DNA from: Candidatus Pacearchaeota archaeon | Lineage (GTDB): Archaea; Nanobdellota; Nanobdellia; Pacearchaeales; GW2011-AR1 | Direction: 5' to 3' | Length of the DNA stretch: 64,000 nt | Assembly: GCA_041659265.1 (NCBI GenBank) | Contig: JBAZYP010000009.1 | Location: forward strand, 12,201-76,200 | Part shown: positions 18,151 through 28,186 of the stretch, piece by piece | Numbering within the stretch: position 1 is the stretch's first letter | How the letters are laid out: each line of letters starts with the position of its first letter | Notes under the pieces: model-generated | What the model saw: only the letters and a program-made list of their open reading frames with translations | Database searches by the model: none | Told to the model about the DNA's origin: nothing | Program-made: the position numbers and the translations under genes

Positions 18151-18403
18151 GATATTTTTATTCTATAGTGCTTTTTAAAGTTTGTGATTATTGGAAATCT
18201 ATCAACGGAAGGGTAAAAATGCCTTATTTTAATTATAATTCAAATTTCCTTGACAAATTTGATTATTAATAGCCCCATCTGTGAACGTATTTGCACTTTG
18301 TTGATTAAAGCATATTTCTTAAAGGGCAAATACTCGTCGAACCTAACAGGTTCAATTCCTGAAGAATAAAATAAACCCAAAATTATTAAATTTTGGTTTA
18401 TAA

Positions 18404-18476
18404 TAGCCCCACCAGGATTCGAACCTGGGTCCCAGGCTCCAAAGGCCCGTATCCTTGACCACTGGACGATGGGGCT
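18404..18476 (-). tRNA. tRNA-Gln (anticodon UUG)
   Basis: 73-nt cloverleaf folded by hand: acceptor AGCCCCA/TGGGGCT, D arm GTCC..GGAT, anticodon arm CGGGC-CTTTGGA-GCCTG, T arm CCAGG-TTCGAAT-CCTGG. No encoded CCA. Confidence 0.9.
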
Positions 18477-18653
18477 ATTTTTAGGTCAGAGAATAGAGTT
18501 TTATATGGTTTATAAGCTTTATTTTTTACAGAGAATTAGTTAAATCCTTTGGGATTTGACTAATTAAAGTTCGTTATTAATTGATATGATCTATAGAATC
18601 AATCAAGATCTTGCAAAGGCAAAGTATAAAAATTAAAGTGATTTAAATATAAT

Positions 18654-18884
18654 ATGGTAAAAAAAGGGATTGAGTGTAAAACTATTGTAAAAGGATATTG
18701 GATGAGTGTAATAGGGGTTTTAACAGTATCTTGTTTTATATTTTCATTATTGTTGTTATCACCAGGGTTTACTGGTTATGTTGTATCTGATTTGGAAAAT
18801 AGTAATTATTTTTATTCAGGATTAGTTTTATTTATATTAGGGATACTTGGTTCAGTTACATATGTTAGATTAAGAAATATCTGA
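18654..18884 (+). CDS. small membrane protein with FTGYVV motif
   Basis: 76 aa with two hydrophobic helices. ..LLLLSPGFTGYVVSDLEN.. follows the first helix. Confidence 0.4.
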   Translation: MVKKGIECKTIVKGYWMSVIGVLTVSCFIFSLLLLSPGFTGYVVSDLENSNYFYSGLVLFILGILGSVTYVRLRNI

Positions 18885-18924
18885 AAGTTAGAAATATTTA
18901 AAAGTTAATAATCTTAAAAAATTT

Positions 18925-19578
18925 ATGGTACATTTAGGATTAGGAGATTCTTATAGTTTATTTAGTCAGGCTATTAATCAAACAGAATTTTATTTAAATG
19001 ATATTTATGATCAATTTGGGAGATTAATGATAGATTCATTTGGAATAAATGATTCATCAAAAATTGATTTAAGATTAGGTTGTTTTTGGTTAGATGGATT
19101 TTACTCTCCAAATGGTCTTGGTGTTAATATGGATTATCTGGAAGAGAAAGTTAATTGTTGTGAGGATTGTTTTAATGAATGGCTGGATACAAGAGGATTT
19201 GTACTTGCTCATGAGATAGCACATCATTATCATTATTTAGTTAATCCCGATTTATTTCATGAAGATATACGAGATTTAAGGGATGTTGATTTTTATTCAG
19301 ATTTTTTAGCAGAATTAAGTGCGATGCATTTTTTTAATAAAATCGGTAAATTGAATAGTAGTATTTTAACATATTCTCAAATTGTAGATTATTCCTATTC
19401 ATCTTTTATGTATTTTAAGGATAATAAACTTGATTTAGATAAACAGATTTTTAATTTATCTAGATTTAATGAAAATGAAGCAAAATCATTTTTAAGAGAT
19501 TATGATCTTTCAAAGAAAATATTATGTTATATGGATAGAGATATTTTTTTAGGTATGTGTGTTCATGAAGAAATTTAA
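18925..19578 (+). CDS. hypothetical protein with HExxH motif (metallopeptidase-like)
   Basis: ..FVLAHEIAHHYHYL.. with no signal peptide. The stop overlaps the bud32 stop (TTAA). Confidence 0.4.
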   Translation: MVHLGLGDSYSLFSQAINQTEFYLNDIYDQFGRLMIDSFGINDSSKIDLRLGCFWLDGFYSPNGLGVNMDYLEEKVNCCEDCFNEWLDTRGFVLAHEIAHHYHYLVNPDLFHEDIRDLRDVDFYSDFLAELSAMHFFNKIGKLNSSILTYSQIVDYSYSSFMYFKDNKLDLDKQIFNLSRFNENEAKSFLRDYDLSKKILCYMDRDIFLGMCVHEEI

Positions 19579-20171
19579 TGTTTATCTTTATATCTGCCTC
19601 TTGATTCAATTGTTTTAATTCTCTTGATAATTTCAACTTTGTCTTTTGATGAGTATGAATCTAGTAGAATATTAAAAAATTCTTTATTAATTGTGAAATG
19701 TTTTGCATCTAAAGCTTGTTTTAATAAATGAAGGTCAACTGCTTTATCTTCAATTTTTTTTGAATGATAAGCTAAACCGAAATCAATAAGATAGACTAGA
19801 TTATTTTTTTCTATCATGTTACTTGTTGTTAAATCTCCATGGATAATATCTTTATCATGCATTTTTCCTATTGAATTTCCAAGTGATTTTGCAATCCTAA
19901 GATAATCTAATTTTTCTAGAGATTCTGAAAGTTTTTTTCCTTCAAGATATTCCATAATTATTTCATCTTCATTATTAGTCTTAATTATTTTTGGAACAGG
20001 AATGATTCCATTAAGTTTTTCTATAATTTTTGCTTCTGAACGAGTACGAGACTTTATTAATTTATTATCTATTTCATTAATACGATAAGATTTTTTTATT
20101 CTATTTTTTATTACTTGATTGTTATTTAATGTAATAAAAGCTTCTGCACCTTGAGAAATTTTCTTAATCAT
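19575..20171 (-). CDS. bud32: KEOPS subunit Bud32 (Kae1-associated kinase)
   Basis: ISQGAEAFI, KSRTRSEAKIIEKL, IIHGDLTTSNMI and YLIDFGLA. A ~200 aa RIO-like atypical kinase. Confidence 0.85.
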   Translation of the reverse strand: MIKKISQGAEAFITLNNNQVIKNRIKKSYRINEIDNKLIKSRTRSEAKIIEKLNGIIPVPKIIKTNNEDEIIMEYLEGKKLSESLEKLDYLRIAKSLGNSIGKMHDKDIIHGDLTTSNMIEKNNLVYLIDFGLAYHSKKIEDKAVDLHLLKQALDAKHFTINKEFFNILLDSYSSKDKVEIIKRIKTIESRGRYKDKH

Positions 20172-20542
20172 TTTATTAAAGAAGTATCTCCATTAAGTTC
20201 AATAACTCCTATGGCATTTAGTTCATCAGATGAATTAATTGGATTTTTGAATAACATGAAAATCTTTTTTTTCTGATTAAACGCCATACCAATTTCCATT
20301 ATAGAATTAAAACCAATATAATTTTCTATATTATTCTTCTTGTAGTTTGCAATAAGTATTGCATCAGACCACTTTAAGTTTTCATTAAAATCTAACATTG
20401 AATCTAGTTTGAAATTATTAGAGTTCTTATAATTGTTATCAGGTAATGGAATTTTAACAAGATGTCCTTGTTTTTCTAATTCTTTTTTTAGTTGCAGAAA
20501 ATTCTCATGAAAAGCCATCGAACCAATTATAGTTATCTTCAT
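20168..20542 (-). CDS. nucleoside 2-deoxyribosyltransferase-like small Rossmann protein
   Basis: 124 aa. MKITIIGSM.., ..SDAILIANY.. and ..MEIGMAF..KKIFMLF.. follow the pattern of NDT-like proteins. 4-nt overlap with bud32. Confidence 0.4.
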   Translation of the reverse strand: MKITIIGSMAFHENFLQLKKELEKQGHLVKIPLPDNNYKNSNNFKLDSMLDFNENLKWSDAILIANYKKNNIENYIGFNSIMEIGMAFNQKKKIFMLFKNPINSSDELNAIGVIELNGDTSLIK

Positions 20543-20550
20543 TTTAAAAT

Positions 20551-21927
20551 TTAAAACTTCATTCTTTTACCGAATTTTTTTGCTAGTTTTTGCATTTGCT
20601 TTTGAGATAAACCCTCTTTAGGATCTAGATTTGCTAAATCTCCTGAACCTGAAACCATGTCTTTTAATAATTTGTATTGCTTTATTAGTTGTCTAACATC
20701 TGTTGTTGTAGCTCCTGAACCTTTAGCTATACGACCTAGACGAGAAGTTTGTTTTTCTATAACTTCTGGATTTTCTATTTCTTCTTTTGTCATGGAATCT
20801 ATGATATGCTCCCATTTTTTTAGTTTTTCTTCTTGAATTCCTAACATATTATCTGGAATTTTTGCTTTACCTAAACCTGGAACCATTTCCATAATTTTTG
20901 AAAAACTTCCAATATTTTTCATTCCCTTTAATTGTTCTTGAAAATCACGTAAATCAAAATTACCTGATTCTAATTTATTTTTAATACGTTTTTGAGATTT
21001 TTCATCAAGAGCAGATTGAACTTTTTCCAAAAGTCCTTCTAAATCACCTAACCCTAATAATCTTGAAATAAATGCTTGTGGATTAAAGGTTTCAAAATCT
21101 GAAGGATTTTCTCCTGTACCAATAAAAAATACTGGAGCTTTAGTTTCATTACATGCTGTTAAAGCTCCTCCTGCTTTAGCAGTTGAATCCATTCTTGTAA
21201 TAATAACTCCATGTATGTTACAAGCTTTTTGAAATTCAGATGCTTGAACTTTAGCTGCTTGACCAATATCAGCTTGAATTACTAACAGAGTATAAGTTGG
21301 TTTAATTTCTTTACCTAATGTAGTAATTTCATCGACAAGTTCTTTATCTAGATTATGTCTGCCTGCTGTATCAATTATAACTAGGTCATAATCATCAAGT
21401 TCTTTAGAAAATTTTTTATATATTTTAAGAGCATTTTTTTCAGTCTTATCTGTTAATACTGGAATTTTTATTTTATTACCAAGTTGTTCTAATTGTTCTC
21501 TTGCTGCAGGCCTATGAACATCTAAACCCATCATAGCAACTTTAAAGCCCCTTTTAGAATAATAAGCTGCTAGTTTTGAGGAGGTAGTTGTTTTTCCTGC
21601 TCCATATAATCCTAAAAGCATTATTTTTGTGGTTTTTCCTTTTTCAATTTTTATTTCATATTTTTCTTTACCTAATAGATTTAAGATTTCATCATGTAAA
21701 ATTTTGGTTAAATGTTCTTTTCTTTCTATACCCTTGATTTTTTCGTTTTCTGCTTCTTTTTTAATTCTTTCACCAAGTTCTTTAACAAGGTAAACATTAA
21801 CATCTGCTTGAATTAATGCTCTTTGGAGATCTTTAACAAGGGTTTCTATTGTTTTTTTATCTAAAAACATAGCTCCAGCTATCTTGTCAAATCCTTTTTT
21901 AAAAGCTGAACCTAGTCCTTCTAACAT
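20551..21927 (-). CDS. srp54: signal recognition particle protein SRP54
   Basis: GLYGAGKTTT, DTAGRH and ITRMDSTAKAGGA G-domain motifs, plus a Met-rich M domain. Confidence 0.95.
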   Translation of the reverse strand: MLEGLGSAFKKGFDKIAGAMFLDKKTIETLVKDLQRALIQADVNVYLVKELGERIKKEAENEKIKGIERKEHLTKILHDEILNLLGKEKYEIKIEKGKTTKIMLLGLYGAGKTTTSSKLAAYYSKRGFKVAMMGLDVHRPAAREQLEQLGNKIKIPVLTDKTEKNALKIYKKFSKELDDYDLVIIDTAGRHNLDKELVDEITTLGKEIKPTYTLLVIQADIGQAAKVQASEFQKACNIHGVIITRMDSTAKAGGALTACNETKAPVFFIGTGENPSDFETFNPQAFISRLLGLGDLEGLLEKVQSALDEKSQKRIKNKLESGNFDLRDFQEQLKGMKNIGSFSKIMEMVPGLGKAKIPDNMLGIQEEKLKKWEHIIDSMTKEEIENPEVIEKQTSRLGRIAKGSGATTTDVRQLIKQYKLLKDMVSGSGDLANLDPKEGLSQKQMQKLAKKFGKRMKF

Positions 21928-22057
21928 GGTTTATTTAATGTTTTTTGGGTTTATAGGAGTTTTGGTAGCCGAAAATACCCTTAAATTATTATCAAATTAT
22001 TTATCTAAATTATATTTAAATCAATTCTATCTATCAACAATATATTTATAAAACAGG

Positions 22058-25000
22058 ATGTATATCAATAATTGTATTAAAAAGGGTGATATGATGAAGT
22101 TTAATAAAAATTTGAAGGTATTTTATATATTTTTAGTAGCAATTTTAATTATTCAAATTGTTTTAGCAGAAGAAATATTATTGACTGGATCAACGAATCC
22201 TGTTCTTGAAAATTCAAAAGTAGCTTATGTTTATAGAACGCCCTCTCAAATTGAACCAAATGTTGTTGAAGTGTTTAATTCATTAAATTTTTCTATTGAT
22301 TATATAATGGATTCAAGTTTTCCTATGGATTTATCTAAGTATAGGCTGATTTATATCGGGGATGAATATTTCACAAAAGATATACCAATAGATAAAACTA
22401 ATGTTATTGTAGCTAATCCTAATATTGGAAGTAAAGATGGTTTAACAAAAAATGGCGGAGTAAGTAAATTAACATCAACTAAACCTTTAAGAGTGGAAAT
22501 AAATGGAAAATATGTTCAAGTTTATGAATTAACTAAAGATAAAAAAGATATGTTTATTCCATATTATTTTTTGAATAATTTAATGAAATCTCCTACATTA
22601 AAGAAATATGCTGGAGCAGATACAATAAGTTCTGGTGAGAATTATGGAGATGTTATTGCTTATGCAAAACCTGGAGATGTTTTATTAAATGGAAAAATTT
22701 TACAAGGAAGATTATGTTTTTTTGGTATAAATCAAGCTGATTTTTGGACTAGTGAATCAAGACAATTATTTTTAGATTGTACTGGATATACTGCAACTGA
22801 ATGCAGAAAAGATTCTGATTGCGGGGCTTCTCAAACAAGTCAATCTTATTGCAAAGATGGAGATATTTACAAAGATATAAAGACTTATCAATGTTTAAAA
22901 CCAGGGAGTGTTCATTCTAAATGTGTTAGCAAATCAGTTTCAACAATTATTCAAAATTGTTTGAAAGGTTGCAAGACTGGAAGTTGTTTACCTGATTGCA
23001 CTAAAGATGCTGATTGCGGAAAAAATAAATTATGCCAAGCTAATAGTTGTGTTCAAATCGCATGTACAATAGACGCTGATTGTGGTAAAGATAAATTTGC
23101 TAATCAATTATTTTGTAAAGATGGAAATGTTTTTGATAAATATATTACTTATGATTGTATAAATCCTGGAACATTAACAAGCAAGTGTTCATCAACAACA
23201 AGCGATAAGCTTTTTGAAAAATGCTTTAAGGGATGTTCTAATGGGGATTGTGCTTCACAATGTACTAAGAATAGTGAATGTGGAATAGATGAATTTGTTG
23301 GAGAATCAATATGCAAGGATGGAAGTGTATTCCAGAATAAAAGAACATATATATGCAATTCTCCAGGAACAGCTGAATCAAAATGTTCAAATAGTATTGT
23401 TCTTCAAAAGAAAATAACTTGTTCTAATCAAGAAACTTGTTCAAAGGGCATTTGTGTTGATTTGGTTTGTTCTAATAATTTAGATTGTGATGATAAAAAT
23501 TCTACTACAGAAGATTTTTGCATTAATGCTGGAAAAGCAAACTCTGCTTGTGTTCATACTATAACTAATTATAAAAATATCAGCCAGATAAAATTTATTT
23601 TATTATATGCTTATGCTGGTTATAATTCTGTTACATTAAATTTTTCTGCTGTTTCAAAAGATAATACTTTAATAAATGGGTATTTATTAAGCAAGGACCA
23701 TAATAATTGGGTTAGACTTCCTGGAAGTTCAACTGGTTATGTATTTAGGGGTCTTAATCCATTAACAGATTATGTATTTTATGTTAAAGCTATTGATAGT
23801 TCAAATATAAGTTCAGATGAAATTAGTATTTATATGAAGACGCTTGCTAATCCTTATCAAAATAATACTAATAATGGCACGAATAACAATGGAACTAACA
23901 ATAATGGAACTAACAATCAAAATAATATTCCAACAATCTCATCATTAAAAGCAGTTGCTGGAACAAATTATGTAACTTTATTATATTCTGCTAATTCAGC
24001 AAATGGTTCAACAATAAAAAAATATCTTGTAAAAAAGAATAATGAAAATTGGATTGAAACAACAAAGAAAAATTATACTTATTCTTCTTTAGCATCTGAT
24101 ACTAGTTATACTTTTTATGTAAAAACTATGGATAGTTTAAATAGAACTTCTAAAGAATTAGCTATAACTATTAAGACAGCAAAAATTAGTGGAAATAATG
24201 GTACAAACAATAATAACACAAATAACAATGGAACTAACAATAATGGAACTAATAATTCTAATAATCTTCCAAGTGTTTCATCAGTTAGTGCAATTGTTAA
24301 ACCAACTAATGTAACTTTAATTTATTCTGCAACATCTAAACCCGGTTCAACAATAAAAAAGTATCTTGTAAAAAAGAATAATGAAAATTGGATTGAAACA
24401 ACAAAACTTAATTATACTTTTAGTTCATTAATTCCTGAAACAAATTATATCTTTTATATTAAAGTTGTAGATAGTTTAGATAGGGTATCAAAAGAATCAA
24501 ATATTAGTGTTAAAACCTTAAAATTAATGAATGATGGAGGCAATAATGGAACAAATTCTACAGGAAATAATACTAATAATCAAAATAATCAACCAAGTGT
24601 ATCTTCTTTAACAGCAATTGTAGGATATGATAATGTAACTTTAATTTATTCTGCAACATCTAAACCAGGTTCAACAATAACTAGTTATTATTTAAGAAGA
24701 AATAGTGGTGGATGGATGATAACAAATAAACCTAATTATACTTTTACTGGTTTAATGCCTGATACAAATTATGTATTTTTTATTAAAGTAAATGATAGTT
24801 TAAATAGAGTCTCAAAGGAAATTAATATTTCTGTAAAAACTGCAAAAAAGATAGAAACCGGGGGTTCTGATGGTGGATCTAATGGCGGTTCAGGAGGATC
24901 TGGAGGTTCTGGTGGCGGATCTGGAGGATCAGGCGGATCATCATCAATTTTAACTGGAAGTGGAAGTGGATTTTATCCAGGTCAACATTGTTTAACTATA

Positions 25001-25360
25001 TGGAATTGTAATGATTGGAGTAAATGCAGGGATAAAACTCAAACAAGAGAATGTATTTATCCTGCTAATTTTTGTGAACCTTATGACCCTAAACCAACTG
25101 AATCTAGAGTATGTATACCTGAAGAACCGATTCCAGACCAACAATTAGAAGAATTTAATTCAGAAGTAAATAAAGATACCCCTATTGTAAATGAGGTAAA
25201 AGAAAGTCCTTATTCTCCAATTACAGGAGCATTTATTGCAGCAACACTAGGAAAACATCCTTGGATATCATTATTAATTTTGGTTTTTGTTGGAATTGGA
25301 ATATATTATTATTATTCTGTAAGAACTAAGCCACTATTAAAAGCATTTTCTAAAAAGTAG
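22058..25360 (+). CDS. giant modular surface protein (3 Cys-rich modules, 4 FN3-like repeats, G/S linker, CxxxWxC module, C-terminal TM)
   Basis: Signal peptide ..LIIQIVLAEE. Three ~70-aa C..D.DCG..C.DG..Y.C..PG..S.C modules (22.8-23.5 kb), FN3-like units split by NNGTNN linkers, and a GGSGGSGG linker. These are followed by CLTIWNCNDWSKCRDKTQTREC and SPITGAFI + TM + basic tail. The likely start is M12/M13 (22091). Confidence 0.7.
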   Translation: MYINNCIKKGDMMKFNKNLKVFYIFLVAILIIQIVLAEEILLTGSTNPVLENSKVAYVYRTPSQIEPNVVEVFNSLNFSIDYIMDSSFPMDLSKYRLIYIGDEYFTKDIPIDKTNVIVANPNIGSKDGLTKNGGVSKLTSTKPLRVEINGKYVQVYELTKDKKDMFIPYYFLNNLMKSPTLKKYAGADTISSGENYGDVIAYAKPGDVLLNGKILQGRLCFFGINQADFWTSESRQLFLDCTGYTATECRKDSDCGASQTSQSYCKDGDIYKDIKTYQCLKPGSVHSKCVSKSVSTIIQNCLKGCKTGSCLPDCTKDADCGKNKLCQANSCVQIACTIDADCGKDKFANQLFCKDGNVFDKYITYDCINPGTLTSKCSSTTSDKLFEKCFKGCSNGDCASQCTKNSECGIDEFVGESICKDGSVFQNKRTYICNSPGTAESKCSNSIVLQKKITCSNQETCSKGICVDLVCSNNLDCDDKNSTTEDFCINAGKANSACVHTITNYKNISQIKFILLYAYAGYNSVTLNFSAVSKDNTLINGYLLSKDHNNWVRLPGSSTGYVFRGLNPLTDYVFYVKAIDSSNISSDEISIYMKTLANPYQNNTNNGTNNNGTNNNGTNNQNNIPTISSLKAVAGTNYVTLLYSANSANGSTIKKYLVKKNNENWIETTKKNYTYSSLASDTSYTFYVKTMDSLNRTSKELAITIKTAKISGNNGTNNNNTNNNGTNNNGTNNSNNLPSVSSVSAIVKPTNVTLIYSATSKPGSTIKKYLVKKNNENWIETTKLNYTFSSLIPETNYIFYIKVVDSLDRVSKESNISVKTLKLMNDGGNNGTNSTGNNTNNQNNQPSVSSLTAIVGYDNVTLIYSATSKPGSTITSYYLRRNSGGWMITNKPNYTFTGLMPDTNYVFFIKVNDSLNRVSKEINISVKTAKKIETGGSDGGSNGGSGGSGGSGGGSGGSGGSSSILTGSGSGFYPGQHCLTIWNCNDWSKCRDKTQTRECIYPANFCEPYDPKPTESRVCIPEEPIPDQQLEEFNSEVNKDTPIVNEVKESPYSPITGAFIAATLGKHPWISLLILVFVGIGIYYYYSVRTKPLLKAFSKK
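23926..24850 (+). repeat. tandem ~330-340 bp coding repeats (FN3-like units 2-4)
   Basis: Units start near 23926, 24266 and 24590. Segments 24005-24067 and 24344-24406 differ at a single base. Confidence 0.8.
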
Positions 25361-25391
25361 ATAAAAAATTTTATTATAAATAAAAATAATA

Positions 25392-26795
25392 TTATAATCC
25401 TAGGTTATTTATGAATTCGTTTTTATTAAATAATTTAATATCTTCATAATTTTGTCCAACTCCTAGATAAAAAATTGGTTTTTTTGTTATATGACTTACA
25501 GATAGGATTGTTCCACCTTTTTCATCAATATCTGCTTTACTTAATATACTTCCATCGATTCCAATCATTTCATTAAAGGTTCTAGCTTGTTCTGTAGCAT
25601 CATTTCCTGCAATAGATTCTGCAACAAATATCTTTAAATCAGGTTTAGTTACTCTGCATATTTTTTCCATTTCTGCTAATAAGTTTGTTTTTGTATGCAT
25701 TCTTCCTGCTGTATCTATTAAAACTACGTTAATTTTATGTTTTTTTGCATAACTTATAGCATCAAAACCTACTGCAGAAGGATCTGCATTATAATCATGT
25801 TTTATTAAAGGAACATCAAGTCTTTTTGCATGTTCGGAAATTTGTTCAATTGAAGCAGCTCTAAACGTATCTCCTGCAGCTAGAACCACGCTTAAATTAT
25901 TTTTTTTAAGAAGAGAAGTTAATTTTGCTATTGATGTTGTTTTTCCTGTTCCATTAATTCCAAAAAAAAGAATTACAAATGGAGATTCTTTTTTGTTTTT
26001 AATTATTTTTAATGGGTCTATTGGTTCAATTATTAATTCTTCTAAAGAAGATTTTAATTCTTTTTTAATAACCTCTTCTAAATCTTCTTTTTTAATTTCT
26101 TTACCTATCAGTCTTTTTGATAAAAGTTTTTTTAAATCTTCAACAACTTCCAGGGCTACATTATTTTCTAATAATAACATTTCCAAATCATCAAATAATG
26201 AATCAAAATCTTCTTCATTTATTTTATAAGTGAATGCGGATTTAATCCTTGTTAGGAAAGAGGTTTTTTCAATGGGTTTTTCTTCAATAACAATTTCTTC
26301 TTTTTCTTCTGAAATTTCTTTTTCTTCAATAATTGGGTCTGCAACTTCTTCTTCATCTTTTTTTCCTAATAGTCTTGAAAAAAATCCTTTTTTCTTTTTT
26401 TCAGATTTATCAATTAGTTCTGTTTTAACAACATCCTCCTCAATTTCTTCAATTATTTTTTCTTTTTCAACAACTTCTTCTGGAATTCCTTCAACTATAT
26501 CTTCTTCAATTTCTATAGCTTTACCTATTTCCTTAGTGATTTTTGGGATTTCTATAATTTTTTTATCTTTAGTCTTTTTAATAGGTATTTCCTTCTTTTT
26601 TTCAATAATATCTTTTTTAGAGTCTTTTTTTCCCTTTACAACTTTTTCTACTTTATTTGGTTTAGTAGATTTAGAAATCTTTTCTTCCTTTTTCTTTTTA
26701 GGTTTCTCAACTTTTTCAACAGGTTCTTCAACTTTTAATTTGTCTTTTGTACCACTAACCCAGTCTTTAAGCTTATTTTTTAGGAATCCAAACAT
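25392..26795 (-). CDS. ftsY: SRP receptor FtsY
   Basis: GINGTGKTTS, DTAGRMH and SKADIDEKGG NG-domain motifs, with a K/E-rich N-terminal region. The start is moved to ATG 26795 (MFGFLKNKLKDW..), because the longer track ORF would overlap the divergent gene. Confidence 0.95.
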   Translation of the reverse strand: MFGFLKNKLKDWVSGTKDKLKVEEPVEKVEKPKKKKEEKISKSTKPNKVEKVVKGKKDSKKDIIEKKKEIPIKKTKDKKIIEIPKITKEIGKAIEIEEDIVEGIPEEVVEKEKIIEEIEEDVVKTELIDKSEKKKKGFFSRLLGKKDEEEVADPIIEEKEISEEKEEIVIEEKPIEKTSFLTRIKSAFTYKINEEDFDSLFDDLEMLLLENNVALEVVEDLKKLLSKRLIGKEIKKEDLEEVIKKELKSSLEELIIEPIDPLKIIKNKKESPFVILFFGINGTGKTTSIAKLTSLLKKNNLSVVLAAGDTFRAASIEQISEHAKRLDVPLIKHDYNADPSAVGFDAISYAKKHKINVVLIDTAGRMHTKTNLLAEMEKICRVTKPDLKIFVAESIAGNDATEQARTFNEMIGIDGSILSKADIDEKGGTILSVSHITKKPIFYLGVGQNYEDIKLFNKNEFINNLGL

Positions 26796-26861
26796 TATAA
26801 TAATAAAAAATAAGGGTTTATAATCATTAAGGTTTATATATAAAATAGGTTTTATATTAAA

Positions 26862-27440
26862 ATGGGTGATTATCATATCTATCTTTTTAGGCATGGGCAG
26901 ACTTTTTACAATAAAAACAAAGTTTTTACTGGATGGAAAGATTCTAAATTGACTCCTGAAGGAATAAAACAAGCTAAAAATCTCGGAGAATTATTAAGGA
27001 ATAAAAAAATTGATATTGCTTATAAAAGCCCTTTATCTAGATCAAAAGATACCTTAAAAGAGGTTATTAAGTTTCATCCTGAATGCAAGAATATTTTTAC
27101 TGATAAAAGGATAATCGAAAGAAGTTATGGAAGCCTTGCAGGTAAAACTCATAATGAAGTACTTATAAAATTAGGTCAAGAACAATTTGATAAATGGCAT
27201 AGGGGGTTTAATGATAGGCCTCCTAAGGGTGAGTCTTTTAAAGATGTTGAAAAAAGGGTTAAACCATTTATTAATGATTTAATAAAGAAGATAAAGAAGG
27301 AAAAAGTTAATGTTGCAATATCGGCTCATGGTAATTCAATAAGATTATTTAGGAAAATAATGGAGAAAGCTTCTATTAAAGAATGTGTAACTTGGAAAAT
27401 TCCTTATGATGAATATTTTCATTATGTAATTAAATCCTAA
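26862..27440 (+). CDS. histidine phosphatase family protein (dPGM-like)
   Basis: YLFRHGQTFYN..FTGWKDSKLTPEGIKQA, SPLSRSKDT and SAHGNSIR. Confidence 0.85.
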   Translation: MGDYHIYLFRHGQTFYNKNKVFTGWKDSKLTPEGIKQAKNLGELLRNKKIDIAYKSPLSRSKDTLKEVIKFHPECKNIFTDKRIIERSYGSLAGKTHNEVLIKLGQEQFDKWHRGFNDRPPKGESFKDVEKRVKPFINDLIKKIKKEKVNVAISAHGNSIRLFRKIMEKASIKECVTWKIPYDEYFHYVIKS

Positions 27441-27538
27441 CTTTATAACTTGTTTAAATCATAATAAAGATTATAAAGTCAAATCTATTTTGTAGTTTAC
27501 CCTTAAAAGAGCTTAAATATATCTAAAAAGGAGATTTT

Positions 27539-28105
27539 ATGATAACTTATAATGAACTATATGATGCACTAAGAAAAGAGAGATATAGTGAACCGCTACA
27601 ACAATTAACTAAAAATTTTGTTAAGGAATTTGCTATTTATCTAAAAGAAAAGAAAGAAATTTTGGATACAAAGGATGATGATTTTTCTGATTCTATAATG
27701 AAAACCAAGAAACAGGTTGAAAATTCTGTTGCAATATTTAGGGAACTTATCTTAAGAAGAAAAAAGAAAATACTTGAATTAGCGTTTGTTGCTGCTGAAA
27801 CTGGAATATCAAAAAGAGATTTTGAAAATATGCTTAGTTTTGAAAAAGAATCTTTTGAAGGGATAATGAAATTATTAGAAAAAAGTGATAAGAAGATTTC
27901 TGAAATGCTTAAAGGTGTTAGTCAAGATAGTGAAGATAAGCCTAAAAATAAGATGATTGTTTTTATTACAGATACAGAGGAGTTTTTAGATCTTGAAGGA
28001 AATAAATTAGGTCCTTTTAAAAAAGGGGATGTTGCTAATATTTCTGAAGAAATAGCTAATATATTAATAATTGATAAAAAAGCAGAAGCTATCTCTGAAG
28101 AGTAA
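27539..28105 (+). CDS. GINS subunit, Gins51-like
   Basis: 188 aa. N-terminal ..YNELYDALRKERYSEPLQQLTKNFVKEF.. and C-terminal ..FLDLEGNKLGPFKKGDVANISEEIANILIIDKKAEAI.. fit the archaeal Gins51 A- and B-domain patterns. Confidence 0.6.
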   Translation: MITYNELYDALRKERYSEPLQQLTKNFVKEFAIYLKEKKEILDTKDDDFSDSIMKTKKQVENSVAIFRELILRRKKKILELAFVAAETGISKRDFENMLSFEKESFEGIMKLLEKSDKKISEMLKGVSQDSEDKPKNKMIVFITDTEEFLDLEGNKLGPFKKGDVANISEEIANILIIDKKAEAISEE

Positions 28106-28186
28106 GTAAAGATTAAAACAAATATAAAAAATTAGCATATAATCATAAAAACAAATATTTTTTAACTCAAGAATCTTATCTATAAT

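Noticed and set aside
18271-18361. A second, intron-containing or split tRNA on the + strand starting AGCCCCATC
   Set aside because: Only a 5' acceptor-like string and a weak 4-bp T arm are present. There is no matching 3' acceptor strand and no convincing D or anticodon arm. It is treated as tRNA-derived debris rather than a gene.
23860-24600. N/G/T-rich linkers (NNGTNNNGTNN) and near-identical repeats, considered as a possible diversity-generating retroelement target or other hypermutation cassette
   Set aside because: No reverse transcriptase, template repeat or adenine-specific mismatch pattern is visible in the window. The variation looks like ordinary tandem-repeat evolution.
25392-26972. 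Long FtsY ORF start at 26972 as given in the track
   Set aside because: The extra 59 codons are hydrophobic or atypical and overlap the divergent phosphatase gene and its promoter. ATG 26795 gives the canonical MFGFLKNKL FtsY N-terminus.
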